Shown here piece after piece: positions 52,501 through 61,786 of a stretch of DNA of 64,000 nt. The notes beneath the pieces were generated by a model, which did not search any database, had not been told where the DNA came from, and saw only the letters and a list, made by a program, of their open reading frames with translations. The translations under genes were made by a program, and so were the position numbers. The DNA lies in assembly GCA_964106645.2 (NCBI GenBank), contig OZ067043.1. One strand, 5' to 3'. The DNA comes from Podarcis pityusensis. Its lineage: Eukaryota. Positions within the stretch are counted from its first letter, which is position 1, and the number at the start of each line of letters is the position of its first letter.

Positions 52501-55500
52501 TACTGGCTGAGGGAGCCGTTTGTCCACAGACAGTTTTTCCAGGTCATGTGGCCAGCATGACTAAGCCGCTTCTGGAGAAACCAGAGCAGCACACGGAAAC
52601 GCCGTTTACCTTCCTGCCGCAGTGGTACCTATTTATCTACTTGCACTTGACGTGCTTTCAAACTGCTAGGTTGGCAGGAGCAGGGACTGAGCAACGGGAG
52701 ATCACCCCATCGCAGGGATTCGAACCGCCGACCTTCTGATCGGCAAGCCCTAAGCTCAGTGGTTTAGACCACAGTGCCATCCGTGTCCCTGAGGATACAT
52801 GACTCATGTTTAAATGTTTTTAATTCTTTTGATACTGTTTGCATTGCTTTTGTTTTGTATTGTCTGCTGCTCTGGGCTTCTCTGGGAAGAAAGTCAGGAT
52901 AAACATAAGAGAAAATAAAATAAACCATAAATAATAAGCAAAGAAAGCTGCTGTTCCCTTTTTTATTATCTCTACAGTTTGAAAGCCTGCTTCTGAAGAC
53001 TGGGAACTCTGGACTACTCTTGCTATTTCAGGCTATTTTGCTATATTTACAAAGAATACTCATGTTTAATAAAATACATGTAGTGCTGTTTTTTGAAGAA
53101 TACTAATAAAAAGATGACCTGCTTCAAATGCTGCAGTGAGGTGCTGCTGTTCAGATTCTAGCCGCTCTGTTCCATTTCTCCTTCCCCACCACTGCTTTTC
53201 CAGGGCATTTTACCGCCAATAGTCAGTCAGAATTTTAGCACACCTAAAACTCACTGGGGTATCTTGGAGGTTCCCCCCTTTATAATTTCTCTTCCTTTAA
53301 AAGAAATGTACTTCAGCTCACTTTGGGGTTCCTCCAAACCCTCTTGTGCAGGCGTGCTGCTGCTTTGGCTACTTAAACAACAATACTCACAATCTGAACA
53401 TCAGAAAAAAGAGGAAATGATAATGCAATGTCATTAAGCAATGGCTCAACGGTGACTGTAAAACTAAGGGATCAATCTTAGAGGAAGAGGCACCAAGATG
53501 AGTGGGGTTAGGACAGAGTAAAAAAATGTACAAAAGAGGATCAAATTTATGTTGGAAATGTTGAGATACAGAGGGCTCCTTAATTCACATGTGGTGGCAA
53601 TGCAAATTTGTGGGGGGGAAATTACGGGAAATTATATACTGTATAACAAACTAAAAAAGATGTTTAAGTGCCCCCAACACCCAGAAGCATTCCTGTTAGC
53701 AATAGTAGGTGAGGAAATACCAAACGAAGTTAAAAACTTATTTCTTTATGCAACAGCAGCCACAAGACTACTGTACGCAAAAATGTGGAACGAGAAGGCT
53801 ATCCCAACAAAAGATCAATGGCTGCTTAAACTAATAGAATATGTCGAGCTAGAAAGTATGATGGACAAAATAAGAACTATAGATGGAAAGATAGTGACAA
53901 GCGAGTGGGAACAATTTGAAGGGTATTTAAAATGAAGTGGTACTACGATAAATCTACAAGCAGGGATAAATCTGTGATCAGCAGCAGGCAAAATAAAGGA
54001 TCATGAATGGAAGGAGAAAAGAACAGATAACCCATGGAGATGTGGCAAACTAATGAATCTGTAATAGGATGTCAATGAAAGATAGGTTGGGAAGTCTATT
54101 AGATCTGATAGGATGGGGAAAGGTATGTATAATGTATGCTGGAAAATGCATAACTAAAAATAAATTTAAAAAACTGATCTCACACAAGACTTCTCTGAGG
54201 TTTGCAAGCAGAGCCCTGAGGCATCCCTAGGCCCACATTCAAAGAAAATTGAGAATGATTTATGGTGCCCACATCACATCAGGTGAAGCATTATCCTGGC
54301 AGCTTGGTGAAGCTTTGCTGGAGTGGTGGGGGACGGGCACATGCTGAGGGTGGCATGTGGGGCAGGGAGAATCTTCCAAAGCTTGGCATACATTCAAATC
54401 CTACATTTGTACCTTTCTGCTAAACTATCAAGCCTGTAATCTGCCGCTTCTTCCTCTTTTTCCTGCCCAAACTCATATGCCAACCTGCCATTTGCCAACA
54501 AACTTATGAGATGTCCACACTTTCCCCAAAGACTCTTAGTAATGGCTTTGCTCACCCCTCCAGCCACAACCCGAAGGACACAACTTTGGGATGATGATTC
54601 TCTGGTCTCTTTCTTTTTCTACACTTATGTAAATCGTATCATTTATATAAAATCCTTACTGCTGTTTGATATTTGACAGCTATTTACCTAAGTCCTTTGC
54701 TGTGAATACCTTCAGAGACCCTTAATAAAAAAAGTTACAAACCATATTTTAAAAATAAAAGTTATATTTTCTTTTTCTTTCTTAAACTTGCACATTAAAT
54801 GCAAAGGAACCTCTAATGTAAAAATGAGAGAGGAGGGATAGAGTGGATTTCTGGACTACGCCACCTTAATTTACCTATCCCAGCTCAGCTGGGATCCAGT
54901 TTGCTGAGCCATGGCTGAAAAAGAAGTACTGCTTGGGAATGTGGCACGGGTGGCACCAAAGAGGGGTGACAGGCTGAATCCTATGCCTGTTTAATTTAGT
55001 CACATGACATGGCAACCCAGCGCCCAGTTAAGCCAGAAACCCAGTTAAGCCAACAAAAAGAGTGGAGTAAACTCAAACACTATTTTATAGGCTTGTTTTC
55101 CATCTGCCAGACTTAGGCCAGCTGAGCCAGCAACAGCCCTGCTCCTGAAAAGAGCTTGGATCTGGTGTACAGTGGTACCTCTGGTTACGAACTTAATTCA
55201 TTCTGGAGGTCTGTTCTTAAGCTGAAACTGTTCTTATCCTGAAGCACGCTTTCGCTAATGGGGACTCCTGCTGCGCATGCGCCTCTGGCGTGCGATTTCC
55301 ATTCGCATCCTGGGGCAAAGTTCACAACCAGGAGCAGCTACTTCCGGGTTAGCGGAGCTCGTAACCTGAAGCATTTGTAACCTGAAGTGTTCGTAACCAG
55401 AGGTACCACTGTACTTTATGCCGGCTCAATTTATACCACCAGCTGTATACAGGATTGTTCCCTTAACCACTGCTTTGTGAAACAGTTGTGAAGTGCATCA

Positions 55501-58436
55501 GTGTGTGAACTAGGTCCACAAGTCGTTGTCCCTCATCCTAACTAACCTCAAAAACCTCTAGCAAAAAGTGTGTCAACATAAAGAAATTCAAGTGGGGAGC
55601 AGCAATATTTTGCTGGGGGGGGGGGGAGGAGAGAGGAAAAACAAGTCAACTTGCTATCCCCCTTCACTTTTCTTACAGCTACTTGGCACAAGATGTACTG
55701 GTGACCATCAGTTTGGATTACTTTGAAGGATTACACAAATTAACGGAGGACAAGGCTATCAAGCCACAATGGCTAAGTTCTTTCTCTAATGTTGAAGGCA
55801 GTACACCTCTGACTATTACTTGCTAGGAATCACTGTGAGTAGAGGATGTTCGATTATAATAAGGCTTTGGCCTGATCCACCAGGGCTTTTCTTATGTTTT
55901 GATAGATTCTCTGGCTCCATATTCCTTCAGTCAGCAGCCAGTTCTCACTGTAAATGTGTTGGGCCATCCTGCAATTTACCTAATGTGCCCATCCCTTTGA
56001 GCAGATGATTTGATTAAATAGGAAGGAAGGAAGCAAACATCCTCTCCCTTCCAGTCTAAGATAGCCCCAAACCAATTCTAGGGGCTTTGCTGAGGCTGAA
56101 AAGAAGAATACAGCAAGGCAGTACAGTAGTACCTCGGGTTACATACGCTTCGGGTTACATACGCTTCAGGTTACAGACTCTGCTAACCCAGAAATATTGC
56201 TTCAGGTTAAGAACTTTGCTTCAGGATGAAAACAGAAATCGTGCTCCAGCGGTGCGGCAGCAGCGGGAGGGCCCATTAGCTAAAGTGGTGCTTCAGGTTA
56301 AGAACAATTTCAGGTTAAGTACGGACCTCCGGAACGAATTAAGTACTTAACCCGAGGTACCACTGTAATAGCTCTTTTTCAGCCTAGCAACTTGGCACGT
56401 ACTGCCTACTGGTAGACATGCCATGTGCTGATCATCTTCAGGGGCTGCAGCTGACTGCATGCAGCACAACCAACTCTGATTTCTAAAATTCTGTAGGTGG
56501 TTTGATCTGTTGGGAAGGGAGAAGTGACAGGCATCCACACTTAATTATCTCGCTTAATCACCCCAATTCTCACATACTTGCAAATCTTAGCTGAAAGCAA
56601 AGTGCTGACTGGCAGTGGTTAGCTTTATGATTTGCACCCACCCTGAGATACTAAGCTATTATAGAAAAGAACTCCAGATAAATCCATACACAGGAGGAAG
56701 TGAAGAGGAGAAACATGTCCTTGATTGCGGATCAGCTTATCTGGCATAAGTGATTTGATTTCTCAAATGACATGTACCAGCATCTGGAACTTGAGCTGGT
56801 AATACCCCCAGGGCCCCTATATGCTGACTCAGGTGTGTATTCACATGCAACACTTAAAAGCACTTTTATGAGCTATTTGTGTGCAAGCATTCAGGTTGTC
56901 AACAGAAGAATAAAAGGCGTCTCCTAAATGCATGGGAGCATGCTGCCCAAGGTAGATTTTACATTTGGACAACAGGTAAAGGGAGAGGAGGACTTTATAT
57001 GCTGCCATAAATTCCAAAGGATGGGATAGCAACCTAATGTTGATTTATTTTACATTTTTATCGCCAAGGTGCTCAATGTGGCATGTACAATTCTCCCTTA
57101 CATCCCCAATTTTCCATCCCCAGAACACCTCTGTAAAGTAGACTAGGCTGATACTATAAACTGGTTCAGATATAACCCTAGGCCAAACCATGTTTTCACA
57201 CAAATAAGCAGGTTCCTGCAGTCAAAATCCAGGCCCTGCTTCTCCTCTGGTTCTACTGCTGCTGAGCTACTCAGGACTAAACCATGATGCGGCTTAGGTA
57301 TATGTCTGAACCTTGCCTTGTTTGTCTCACTCCAGACAAATCACAAGCTGTAACCAAAGGCAGTTCTCAGCGTACTATGCATGGTTTGTCTGAGAGATAC
57401 AAATCATAAGCCTGAGTTCAGGATGCAACACTATGCCAAACCATGGTTTAGCCTTGCATAGTGTGGCCACAGAATGTCCAGCAGCCACAATCTTCACCCT
57501 GGTAACCCACATGAGTTCACACCAAACCACAGCATCCACACTTCTGTTTCTGCCATAATTTCTAGGCATAGGTCAGCGCTTTGTAGGCACGGGTCCAAAT
57601 GGTGGTTCTGTTTTTGTCCTATTGCTTTCCTCATAAAAAACTGAGGATGACCGTTTCTTCCTGTTCTGTGGTATGGAGCAGGTTTTCTCACGCACCGAGT
57701 CAAAAAACAAAACAAAAAAGCACTCAACATACGGCTCTTTAAAGCTGGCCCGTGTCTAGAAACACAGCACAAAAGGAAGTCTGGATAAGCCCTGAGTTTG
57801 CCTAGAGAAAGTGGAGAGTCAAGAAAAGAAACCCACTCTGACCCCATGCCTACAAGCTGTGCTTAGAAACTGCGGCACGAACAGCAGTCCGGATGATCCC
57901 CCAGTTAGGGCAAATGGCCTATGTGTGAACTGGGCCAGGGATTGGCCCCAGGTCACCCAATGTATTTTTCAGACCAACGATTTGAACCCTGGCTTCCTGA
58001 TTTGAACCCCAACATCCTCATTCTAACTGGAAAACGCGGCTGGTTCAGGACAGGGGGCTGAGGCAGACGAAAACAAGGGTGCGACCCGCACGTCCCCCGG
58101 GGTGGGGGGAAATTTTGACCCCCAAGGCGCTCTGCACATGCTCAGAGGCGCGTGCCCCTGGGGCGAGCAGGTCTATGAGGGCACCCGCTGAGGGGCAGGG
58201 CAGCGCCTGCCGTGGCTCTTTTCCCCTCTGCCCCGTTCAGCGCCTGCCTCGCCCGGCCCGGCCTCGCCTTCCCACGTTCCCTCTCGCCCGCATCGCCCTG
58301 GCAACCGGGGCCTCCATTCCTCCCGCCTCAGGCCTGCCGGGGATTTCCCCGCGGACGCGCCTGCCAGTCCCTCTCACGGGGCGCGCTTTCCCCCTCCCCC
58401 TCCGCAAGGAGAACCCACTCACTCCATTTCCGCCAT
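2336..58436 (-). CDS. SLC9A8: Sodium/hydrogen exchanger 8 (NHE8), complete spliced CDS, 16 coding exons, 1731 nt / 576 aa
   Basis: Exons join in frame to [22 protein letters not shown]...[19 protein letters not shown]...[12 protein letters not shown]...[15 protein letters not shown]...[20 protein letters not shown], matching the recalled vertebrate NHE8 sequence. Exon lengths 14+179+81+59+84+102+35+144+139+106+117+83+112+221+147+108 = 1731. Confidence 0.97.
3151..3297 (-). CDS. SLC9A8: SLC9A8 exon 15
   Basis: ccag|[49 protein letters not shown]|gtgggt; 147 nt. Confidence 0.96.
5138..5358 (-). CDS. SLC9A8: SLC9A8 exon 14
   Basis: ctag|[29 protein letters not shown]...[12 protein letters not shown]|gtgagc; 221 nt. 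Confidence 0.96.
5578..5753 (+). mobile_element. tRNA-derived squamate SINE
   Basis: GCTCAGTGGTA...GGTTCAATCCCAGGCATCTCCAG head and CTATGTTCCTA tail; relatives at about 43838-44015 (-), 46950-47135 (+) and 61434-61710 (+). Confidence 0.7.
5865..6277 (+). repeat. 5' LTR of the Copia element
   Basis: TG...CA termini; no mismatch to 8270-8682 seen by eye; CRE TGACGTCA 5918-5925; AATAAA 6051-6056. Confidence 0.95.
6523..7918 (+). pseudogene. Degenerate Copia gag-pol remnant: gag start, protease, GAG-pre-integrase/Zn finger and integrase C-terminal SH3-like segment; no integrase core, RT or RNase H seen
   Basis: [11 protein letters not shown] resembles the protease motif WILDSGASxHM; [26 protein letters not shown] resembles Copia VLYVPxLxxNLLSVSxL; CRACKG...RVAKEPFEL resembles the integrase Zn finger; [15 protein letters not shown]...[10 protein letters not shown] resembles CIFLGYS..KGYRL...ISRDVxFDE; frameshifted. 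Confidence 0.85.
8270..8682 (+). repeat. 3' LTR of the Copia element
   Basis: Direct repeat of 5865-6277 (the supplied 93-aa antisense ORFs are identical); preceded by the PPT. Confidence 0.95.
9007..9118 (-). CDS. SLC9A8: SLC9A8 exon 13
   Basis: gacag|[38 protein letters not shown]|gtaagt; 112 nt. Confidence 0.96.
9697..9850 (+). mobile_element. CR1 LINE 3' end
   Basis: GGAGGTTTTTAAGCAGAG...GACTAGATGACCCCGGGGTCCCTTCCAACTCTACAATTC. Confidence 0.8.
11539..11621 (-). CDS. SLC9A8: SLC9A8 exon 12
   Basis: ttcag|[28 protein letters not shown]|gtaagt; 83 nt. Confidence 0.96.
12155..12389 (+). mobile_element. Sauria SINE, 5'-truncated
   Basis: GTGCAAGTAGATAAATAGGTACC core and GGGGTCCCTTTACCTTTA tail. 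Confidence 0.85.
13871..14120. mobile_element. Tigger-like MITE inserted in a (TAA)n tract
   Basis: TA-CAGTCATACCTTGG ... GCACGACTG-TA; related to 33556-33798. Confidence 0.8.
14241..14357 (-). CDS. SLC9A8: SLC9A8 exon 11
   Basis: ccag|[40 protein letters not shown]|gtatat; 117 nt. Confidence 0.96.
15354..15492 (+). mobile_element. tRNA-derived SINE with a CR1-derived tail
   Basis: A/B-box-like head (TGGTTAGAGC...GGTTTGATCCCC) fused to GGGGGTTGGACTAGATGA...TTCTATG; a similar copy lies at about 27650-27795. Confidence 0.75.
16441..16840 (+). mobile_element. RTE-BovB LINE 3' end (5'-truncated)
   Basis: [29 protein letters not shown]...[19 protein letters not shown]...[17 protein letters not shown] followed by a (CAA)n tail. 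Confidence 0.93.
17136..17355 (+). mobile_element. MIR/CORE-type SINE
   Basis: tRNA head GGGTTCGAATCCCC and core GGCCAGTCATTGTCTCTCAGCCTAGCCTACCTCACAGGG; relatives at about 12455-12660, 13470-13670 (-) and 44020-44175. Confidence 0.7.
17917..18158. mobile_element. Tc1/mariner (pogo/Tigger-like) MITE
   Basis: TA-CAGTGGTACCTC ... GAGGTACCACTG-TA; internal TAACCTGAAG repeats. Confidence 0.88.
18161..18408. mobile_element. Second Tigger-like MITE abutting the first and sharing one TA
   Basis: CAGTGGTACCTCGG ... AAGGTATGACTG-TA. Confidence 0.8.
18989..19094 (-). CDS. SLC9A8: SLC9A8 exon 10
   Basis: ttaac|[36 protein letters not shown]|gtaaat; 106 nt. Confidence 0.95.
19095..21221 (-). other. 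SLC9A8: U12-type (minor spliceosome) AT-AC intron 9 of SLC9A8
   Basis: 5' splice site ATATCCTTT (U12 consensus), branch site TGCTTAAC at 19109-19116, terminal AC at 19095-19096; this join keeps ISAV|VLKH in frame. Confidence 0.93.
20737..20782 (+). repeat. Perfect 23-bp tandem duplication
   Basis: GAATTTCCCCAAATTGGGCAGAA x2. Confidence 0.9.
21222..21360 (-). CDS. SLC9A8: SLC9A8 exon 9 (followed by the U12 AT-AC intron)
   Basis: cccag|[47 protein letters not shown]|ATATCCTTT; 139 nt. Confidence 0.94.
22133..22276 (-). CDS. SLC9A8: SLC9A8 exon 8
   Basis: tacag|[49 protein letters not shown]|gtaagt; contains the ion-binding ND motif; 144 nt. Confidence 0.97.
22625..22654 (+). repeat. (TAC)n/(TAA)n microsatellite, probable TE tail
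   Basis: Direct reading. Confidence 0.8.
23546..23580 (-). CDS. SLC9A8: SLC9A8 exon 7
   Basis: ctctag|[13 protein letters not shown]|gtaagt; 35 nt. Confidence 0.94.
24100..24713 (+). mobile_element. Solo-LTR-like element (TGTCA...TGACA)
   Basis: 5-bp inverted termini; AATAAAGAGTTAACTTCAC poly(A) region; homologous to the minus-strand copy ending at 63829; no clear TSD. Confidence 0.7.
24784..25137 (+). mobile_element. Sauria SINE, near full length
   Basis: tRNA-like head GGTGCTGTGGGTTAAACCAC, Sauria core, (ACCTTT)n tail. Confidence 0.88.
27375..27605. mobile_element. Tigger-like MITE
   Basis: TA-CAGTGGTACCTCGGGTTAC ... GTAACCCGAGGTACCACTG-TA perfect TIR. Confidence 0.88.
28374..28475 (-). 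CDS. SLC9A8: SLC9A8 exon 6
   Basis: tttag|[34 protein letters not shown]|gtgagg; 102 nt. Confidence 0.96.
29566..29649 (-). CDS. SLC9A8: SLC9A8 exon 5
   Basis: tacag|[28 protein letters not shown]|gtgaga; 84 nt; CPA1-family LLPPII motif. Confidence 0.96.
32857..32892 (+). repeat. (GGGA)n/(GA)n microsatellite
   Basis: Direct reading. Confidence 0.85.
33253..33311 (-). CDS. SLC9A8: SLC9A8 exon 4
   Basis: tttag|[20 protein letters not shown]|gtactc; 59 nt. Confidence 0.95.
33556..33798. mobile_element. Tigger-like MITE (degenerate right end)
   Basis: TA-CAGTTGTACCTTGGAAGTC; interior is the inverse homologue of 13871-14120. Confidence 0.75.
35034..35059 (+). pseudogene. 3'-truncated U6 snRNA retrocopy (nt 1-26)
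   Basis: GTGCTCGCTTCGGCAGCACATATACT is the U6 5' end; flanked by a perfect 14-bp TSD AGAACCACTGTTCT (35020-35033 / 35060-35073). Confidence 0.92.
39315..39514. mobile_element. Penelope-like element terminus in inverted (hairpin) arrangement
   Basis: GTAGCCGTGTTGGTCTG...TCCAGTAGCACCTTAGAG motif; inverted repeat of about 55 bp; direct repeat CCACTAGATGCAA at 39302-39314 / 39515-39527. Confidence 0.75.
40527..40563 (+). repeat. (GAAA)n microsatellite
   Basis: About 9 perfect GAAA units. Confidence 0.9.
40890..41160 (-). mobile_element. L2/CR1 reverse-transcriptase remnant
   Basis: [19 protein letters not shown] resembles the RT motif LLVLLDLSAAFDTVDHxIL. Confidence 0.65.
42316..42705 (-). mobile_element. 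CR1 LINE 3' end including the ORF2 C-terminus
   Basis: Antisense [38 protein letters not shown]...LDGHLSWML plus the CR1 tail. Confidence 0.88.
44408..44488 (-). CDS. SLC9A8: SLC9A8 exon 3
   Basis: ccag|[28 protein letters not shown]|gtgagt; 81 nt. Confidence 0.96.
45273..45331 (-). pseudogene. U2 snRNA 5' fragment (about nt 6-64), pseudogene
   Basis: Reverse complement TTCTTGGCCTTTTGGCTAAGATCAAGTGTTGCATCTGTTCTTATCAGTTTAATATCTGA; 3 mismatches to recalled vertebrate U2; no Sm site or 3' half. Confidence 0.9.
48364..48542 (-). CDS. SLC9A8: SLC9A8 exon 2
   Basis: ttacag|G TTC TCA AAC ... [60 protein letters not shown]|gtgaat. Confidence 0.95.
48931..49066. mobile_element. hAT MITE (palindromic GGACTACAACTCCCATCATCC family)
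   Basis: TIR CAGGCATAGxCAAACT, 8-bp TSD ATATAGAC (48923-48930 / 49067-49074); relatives at about 700-830, 13298-13426, 19290-19425, 47240-47375, 48795-48922 and 61531-61650. Confidence 0.85.
50493..50872 (+). mobile_element. L2 LINE 3' fragment
   Basis: [22 protein letters not shown]-like translation; L2-type 3' end TGTGAACCACCCTGAGA. Confidence 0.7.
50873..51044. mobile_element. hAT (Charlie-like) transposon terminal fragment
   Basis: Ends TGGCCCTCTTTGAAAAAAGTTTGGACACCACTG; contains CTCAACAAC repeats. Confidence 0.6.
52422..52789 (-). mobile_element. Sauria SINE, full length
   Basis: (GGTAAA)n tail at the left; reverse complement of the core and tRNA-like head at the right. Confidence 0.88.
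53510..54173 (+). mobile_element. L1-clade LINE 3' fragment (ORF2 C-terminal CCHC region and 3' UTR)
   Basis: [17 protein letters not shown] zinc-knuckle remnant, then PEAFLL...[11 protein letters not shown]...QWLLKL; A-rich end at about 54170. Confidence 0.8.
55170..55411. mobile_element. Tigger-like MITE
   Basis: TA-CAGTGGTACCTCTGGTTACG ... CGTAACCAGAGGTACCACTG-TA. Confidence 0.88.
56124..56365. mobile_element. Tigger-like MITE (inverted relative to 17917-18158)
   Basis: TA-CAGTAGTACCTCGGGTTA ... TAACCCGAGGTACCACTG-TA. Confidence 0.88.
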
Positions 58437-58920
58437 TTCCTCGCTTTCTTCTCCCTCCCGGATCTTAACTGGGGAGGGAAAACTATTACCTCACCGCACA
58501 CCCCCACCCCCACCCCCACCCCGCCACCATAGAGAGCCGGGGCTAAACCGGCCGCGGCACACTTCCGGGTTCTCGCTTACGCCTCACTGGGCTTCGGACG
58601 AGGCGTTTCCATGGCAAAAGGGCGGGGTGAGTATCGAGCGAGTGAGGCGCGCGGGTTTCCTGGCAGCGGCGTCACCGTAGCGTGGTCGGCGCTCGACGTC
58701 ACAGCCGCCCTTCCGAAACGTGTCGCCCTGTTCCGCTGCGCTCGGAAAGGATGACGAGAGAAGGAGCTGCATGTGGATTCCCAGGAATGGGTGGCGCGGA
58801 CATTCCTTGTCCCGCCCTGGTCCCTTCTCCTTTCGTATCGCTTCTGTTCAGCTTATCAGCTGGGACTGCGATCCCCTAAAAATATATATTAAAAAATTCC
58901 TAGCTACGCCCACGACTGCG
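58030..58920. promoter_or_regulatory. CpG-island promoter of SLC9A8
   Basis: Sharp rise in GC and CpG around exon 1. Motifs: ETS/GABP ACTTCCGG 58561-58568, GC box GGGCGGGG about 58620-58627, RFX X-box-like 58605-58618 and 58292-58305, YY1-like AAATGGCGG over the start codon, CRE-like GACGTCA about 58696. Confidence 0.85.
58423..58436 (-). CDS. SLC9A8: SLC9A8 coding exon 1 (MAEM + GA of Glu)
   Basis: gaggaaATGGCGGAAATGGA|GTGAGT: strong Kozak context, consensus donor, phase 2 fits exon 2, lies in a CpG island. Confidence 0.85.
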
Positions 58921-61786
58921 TTGCATACATGCAGTGCATACAATACATTTTCATGATAGGAAAAAGTAGCCCTTTCCATCTTCGTCAGAATGACTTATGA
59001 CACGTGACTGTCCTCTTGAGAAGTAGAGCACAGCCACCCTAAAGGAGCCAAAAAATGGCACTCTCTCCCCATCAATCCATACATCTTTTCCAATGGCATT
59101 CAAATTATTTTGGGGCATAAGACGATAAAATATCTCATGGGCCTCATCTAAGGACCTCACGCTTCCCTGACAGTGAAAAAATACATTAATAATAAGTACA
59201 ATCGCTAAACAGCATCGTCCATGTTATCCTGAAGCAGCTGTCTGAGGGAGGCATGTCACTAGCTGGATCACTGTCTTAGGTTGCATTTAGCCATGTATCT
59301 GTACTTCCTAGGTACCCTGTTGTACCTTGTAACCTGTGCCTTGCCTGCTGTGCACCAATCAGATTTATGCCTTTGGCTGAAACAGAGCTGGGAATTTGAG
59401 TTCTTTGCCCAGCAGTGAGAGCCAGGAAGACCCTTGCAAACCTAGTAAGACACCCAGGCTTCACAGCCCTGCTCTCTCTGTATATGATGACTGAACAAGT
59501 AATCGTTGGATATGGCGGTTATTCTGTATTTTGAAAACTGGTTTGCAATGGAGCCTGTGGCTTGTCAGGGCCCCCTTCTTCATGCTAAAAAAGACATTGC
59601 TTCACTCCATGTGGTTTTGTGGTGATGTGCTTGAGACATGACTTTCTCACAGGTTTTGCTAGCAGCAAAAATTTGGTTAAGTCAGTAGAGCTGATTCGGG
59701 GACACAGGTCTCGCTGGTAACTTCCCCTCTCCTTGTATGTAGAAGCATATTGGATATTTCCTCATTTTTCAAAACCCACGCTGCAGGTATTTGATCAGCT
59801 GGCCATAAATTTTTATTTGATGGTAGCAAACTACAGAAAAAGCAGGAGATTCTTTTGGGTGTTTCTGTAAGTTTCTAATGAGCCTGGTTATAGGACATTT
59901 GATTTGAACCTTGATTTGAAAGACTTAACAGGGTGCATTTTCAAAAGTGGTGAGCACCCATATTTTTAGGCGCAGGCTAAGGAAGTTGCATGTGCTGTCT
60001 GTGTCCCAGATCTCTGTTAACCCCCTTTACAAGGGAAAGTCTTTGCATGCAAGATGCTGGTTTTCAAGCATGTCACCATGTCACCACAAAGTGTGAAGGA
60101 ACAACTTTCTGGAATGAACAGGAAGCCCGACAAGCCACAAACAGAACCCAACATGGCCTTCTCTAAAAGCTATAGAATAAAAGACTCATCGATTTTTTGT
60201 AAATGATATACAAGGCTTCTATCCTGCATTTAGTTGCAGTAAGCCCCATTTTTATATAACGGGAGTTACTTCTGGGTAGACAGGTATAGGATTGTGCTGT
60301 ATACCAGCCTTTACAGGTTGCTCTGAGGAGCTCACTACATGCTGCTGCAGACAGATGTAACTGAGCCCTGGTGCTACCTTGGGAGGGAGGAATTTAAAGC
60401 AGGGAAGCAGAAAGAGATGAAAGAGTAAGGCAGCCCCTCCACTCTAAATTTACACCTCCTTAAAGAACTGAGGTTTGGTGACATACATTTGCTTGTGATG
60501 TACATTATATAGCTGGTCTCCTGTAGGACAGAGGTGGTCAATTTCGTGCCCTCCAGATATCGTTAGACTACAACTCCCAACATCCCCAATGTTCTCACTC
60601 CAGCTTCTGCCCTTTTTGCACAGACTGTAGCCTTATGAGGCTTTGCCCTCAGGTGGGAAAAATATTGCGCCTGGGAAAGGGAAGTGGGAGTCAACAGACA
60701 CTCAAGGAATAGTTCGGAGAAAAGGCTTTTATTTCTACCATCCATGAACTGGTAGAAGTAGCAAGTGTGATAAGTCACATAAAGTATGCACGAGTTCACA
60801 ATCATGTGCACAAGCATATATACCCCTTTCCAGTTCCCTCCCCCTTTCTCCTCCCTCAGGAGTTCCTCTGAGCATGAACAGAAAGCTGTCTTGGGACTAT
60901 TGTGGACTCTTAGCACCCTTCCCAGGAAAGGGGGGGGGTGAGAAGCCAAGGAGTTTTCAGCATGTTCAGATATGTTTCAATCTCTTGTTCTGGCATGGTT
61001 CCCAGACAGAAAGTAAGTTGCAATGTGGTTCTTTAGCAAGGCCAGAAGACATGAGAAAGGCCTGAGAAACAATGGACTGTTCTCTACCTTTGTTACAGCA
61101 GAGGGGAATGTTTCTGATGCTTAGCTGCTGAGAAAATGATTTTGAGAAGCTTTGAGCCTGCTTTGGTGGGGGGGTGACTTCGGGCCTCACCTGTCCTCAC
61201 CTTCCTTCAAGACAAAACCAGCATCGTGGGAATTGTTCTCATGTAGTACAATCCCCCGCCTTGAGATGGTGTGAATTTTCCAGCTACGTGGGTGGGAACA
61301 ACTGCATATATCTTTTCCATCCATTCAGCAACCTCCCTTCAGGCATCACACCAATCAGGTCAGAGAAAGTCACATAAGTTCCCAAGTGACTTGAATATTC
61401 TACTGAACAAGATAATCCTCTAGACTAGTTTAAGGAGCCATAGCTCAGTGGTAGAACATTGGTTTTGCATACATGATGTCTCAGGTTCAATTCCCAGCAT
61501 CTCCAGGTAGGGCTGCCAGTCAGTGTAGACAACCTGGTTTTGGACTACAATTCCCATCATCACTGACCCTTGGTCCTGCTAGCTAGGGATGCTAGGGATG
61601 ATGGGAGTTGTAGTCCAGAAACTGCTGGAGACCCAGTTTGGGTAACCCTGGTGTAGACAATACTGAGCAAGGTGATCTGACTTGTTATAAGGCAGGTTAT
61701 TATGTTCCCATGAGATTGTAATCAGCCAGTTCTGAGTGGACGCACACTCAGATTTGTGGATTTGCAGATTTGTGGTGGTCCTGGAC

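Noticed and set aside
53549-53935. 128-aa ORF as an independent gene
   Set aside because: It matches the C-terminus of L1-clade ORF2, with an upstream stop and a frameshifted CCHC motif.
58950-61400. Exons of a neighbouring protein-coding gene upstream of SLC9A8
   Set aside because: No ORF or exon with recognisable homology was found; only a speculative divergent donor at 58627.
61434-61505. tRNA genes (also about 5578, 15355, 17140 and 27655)
   Set aside because: These tRNA-like A/B boxes are SINE heads that run into SINE bodies; there is no intact cloverleaf.
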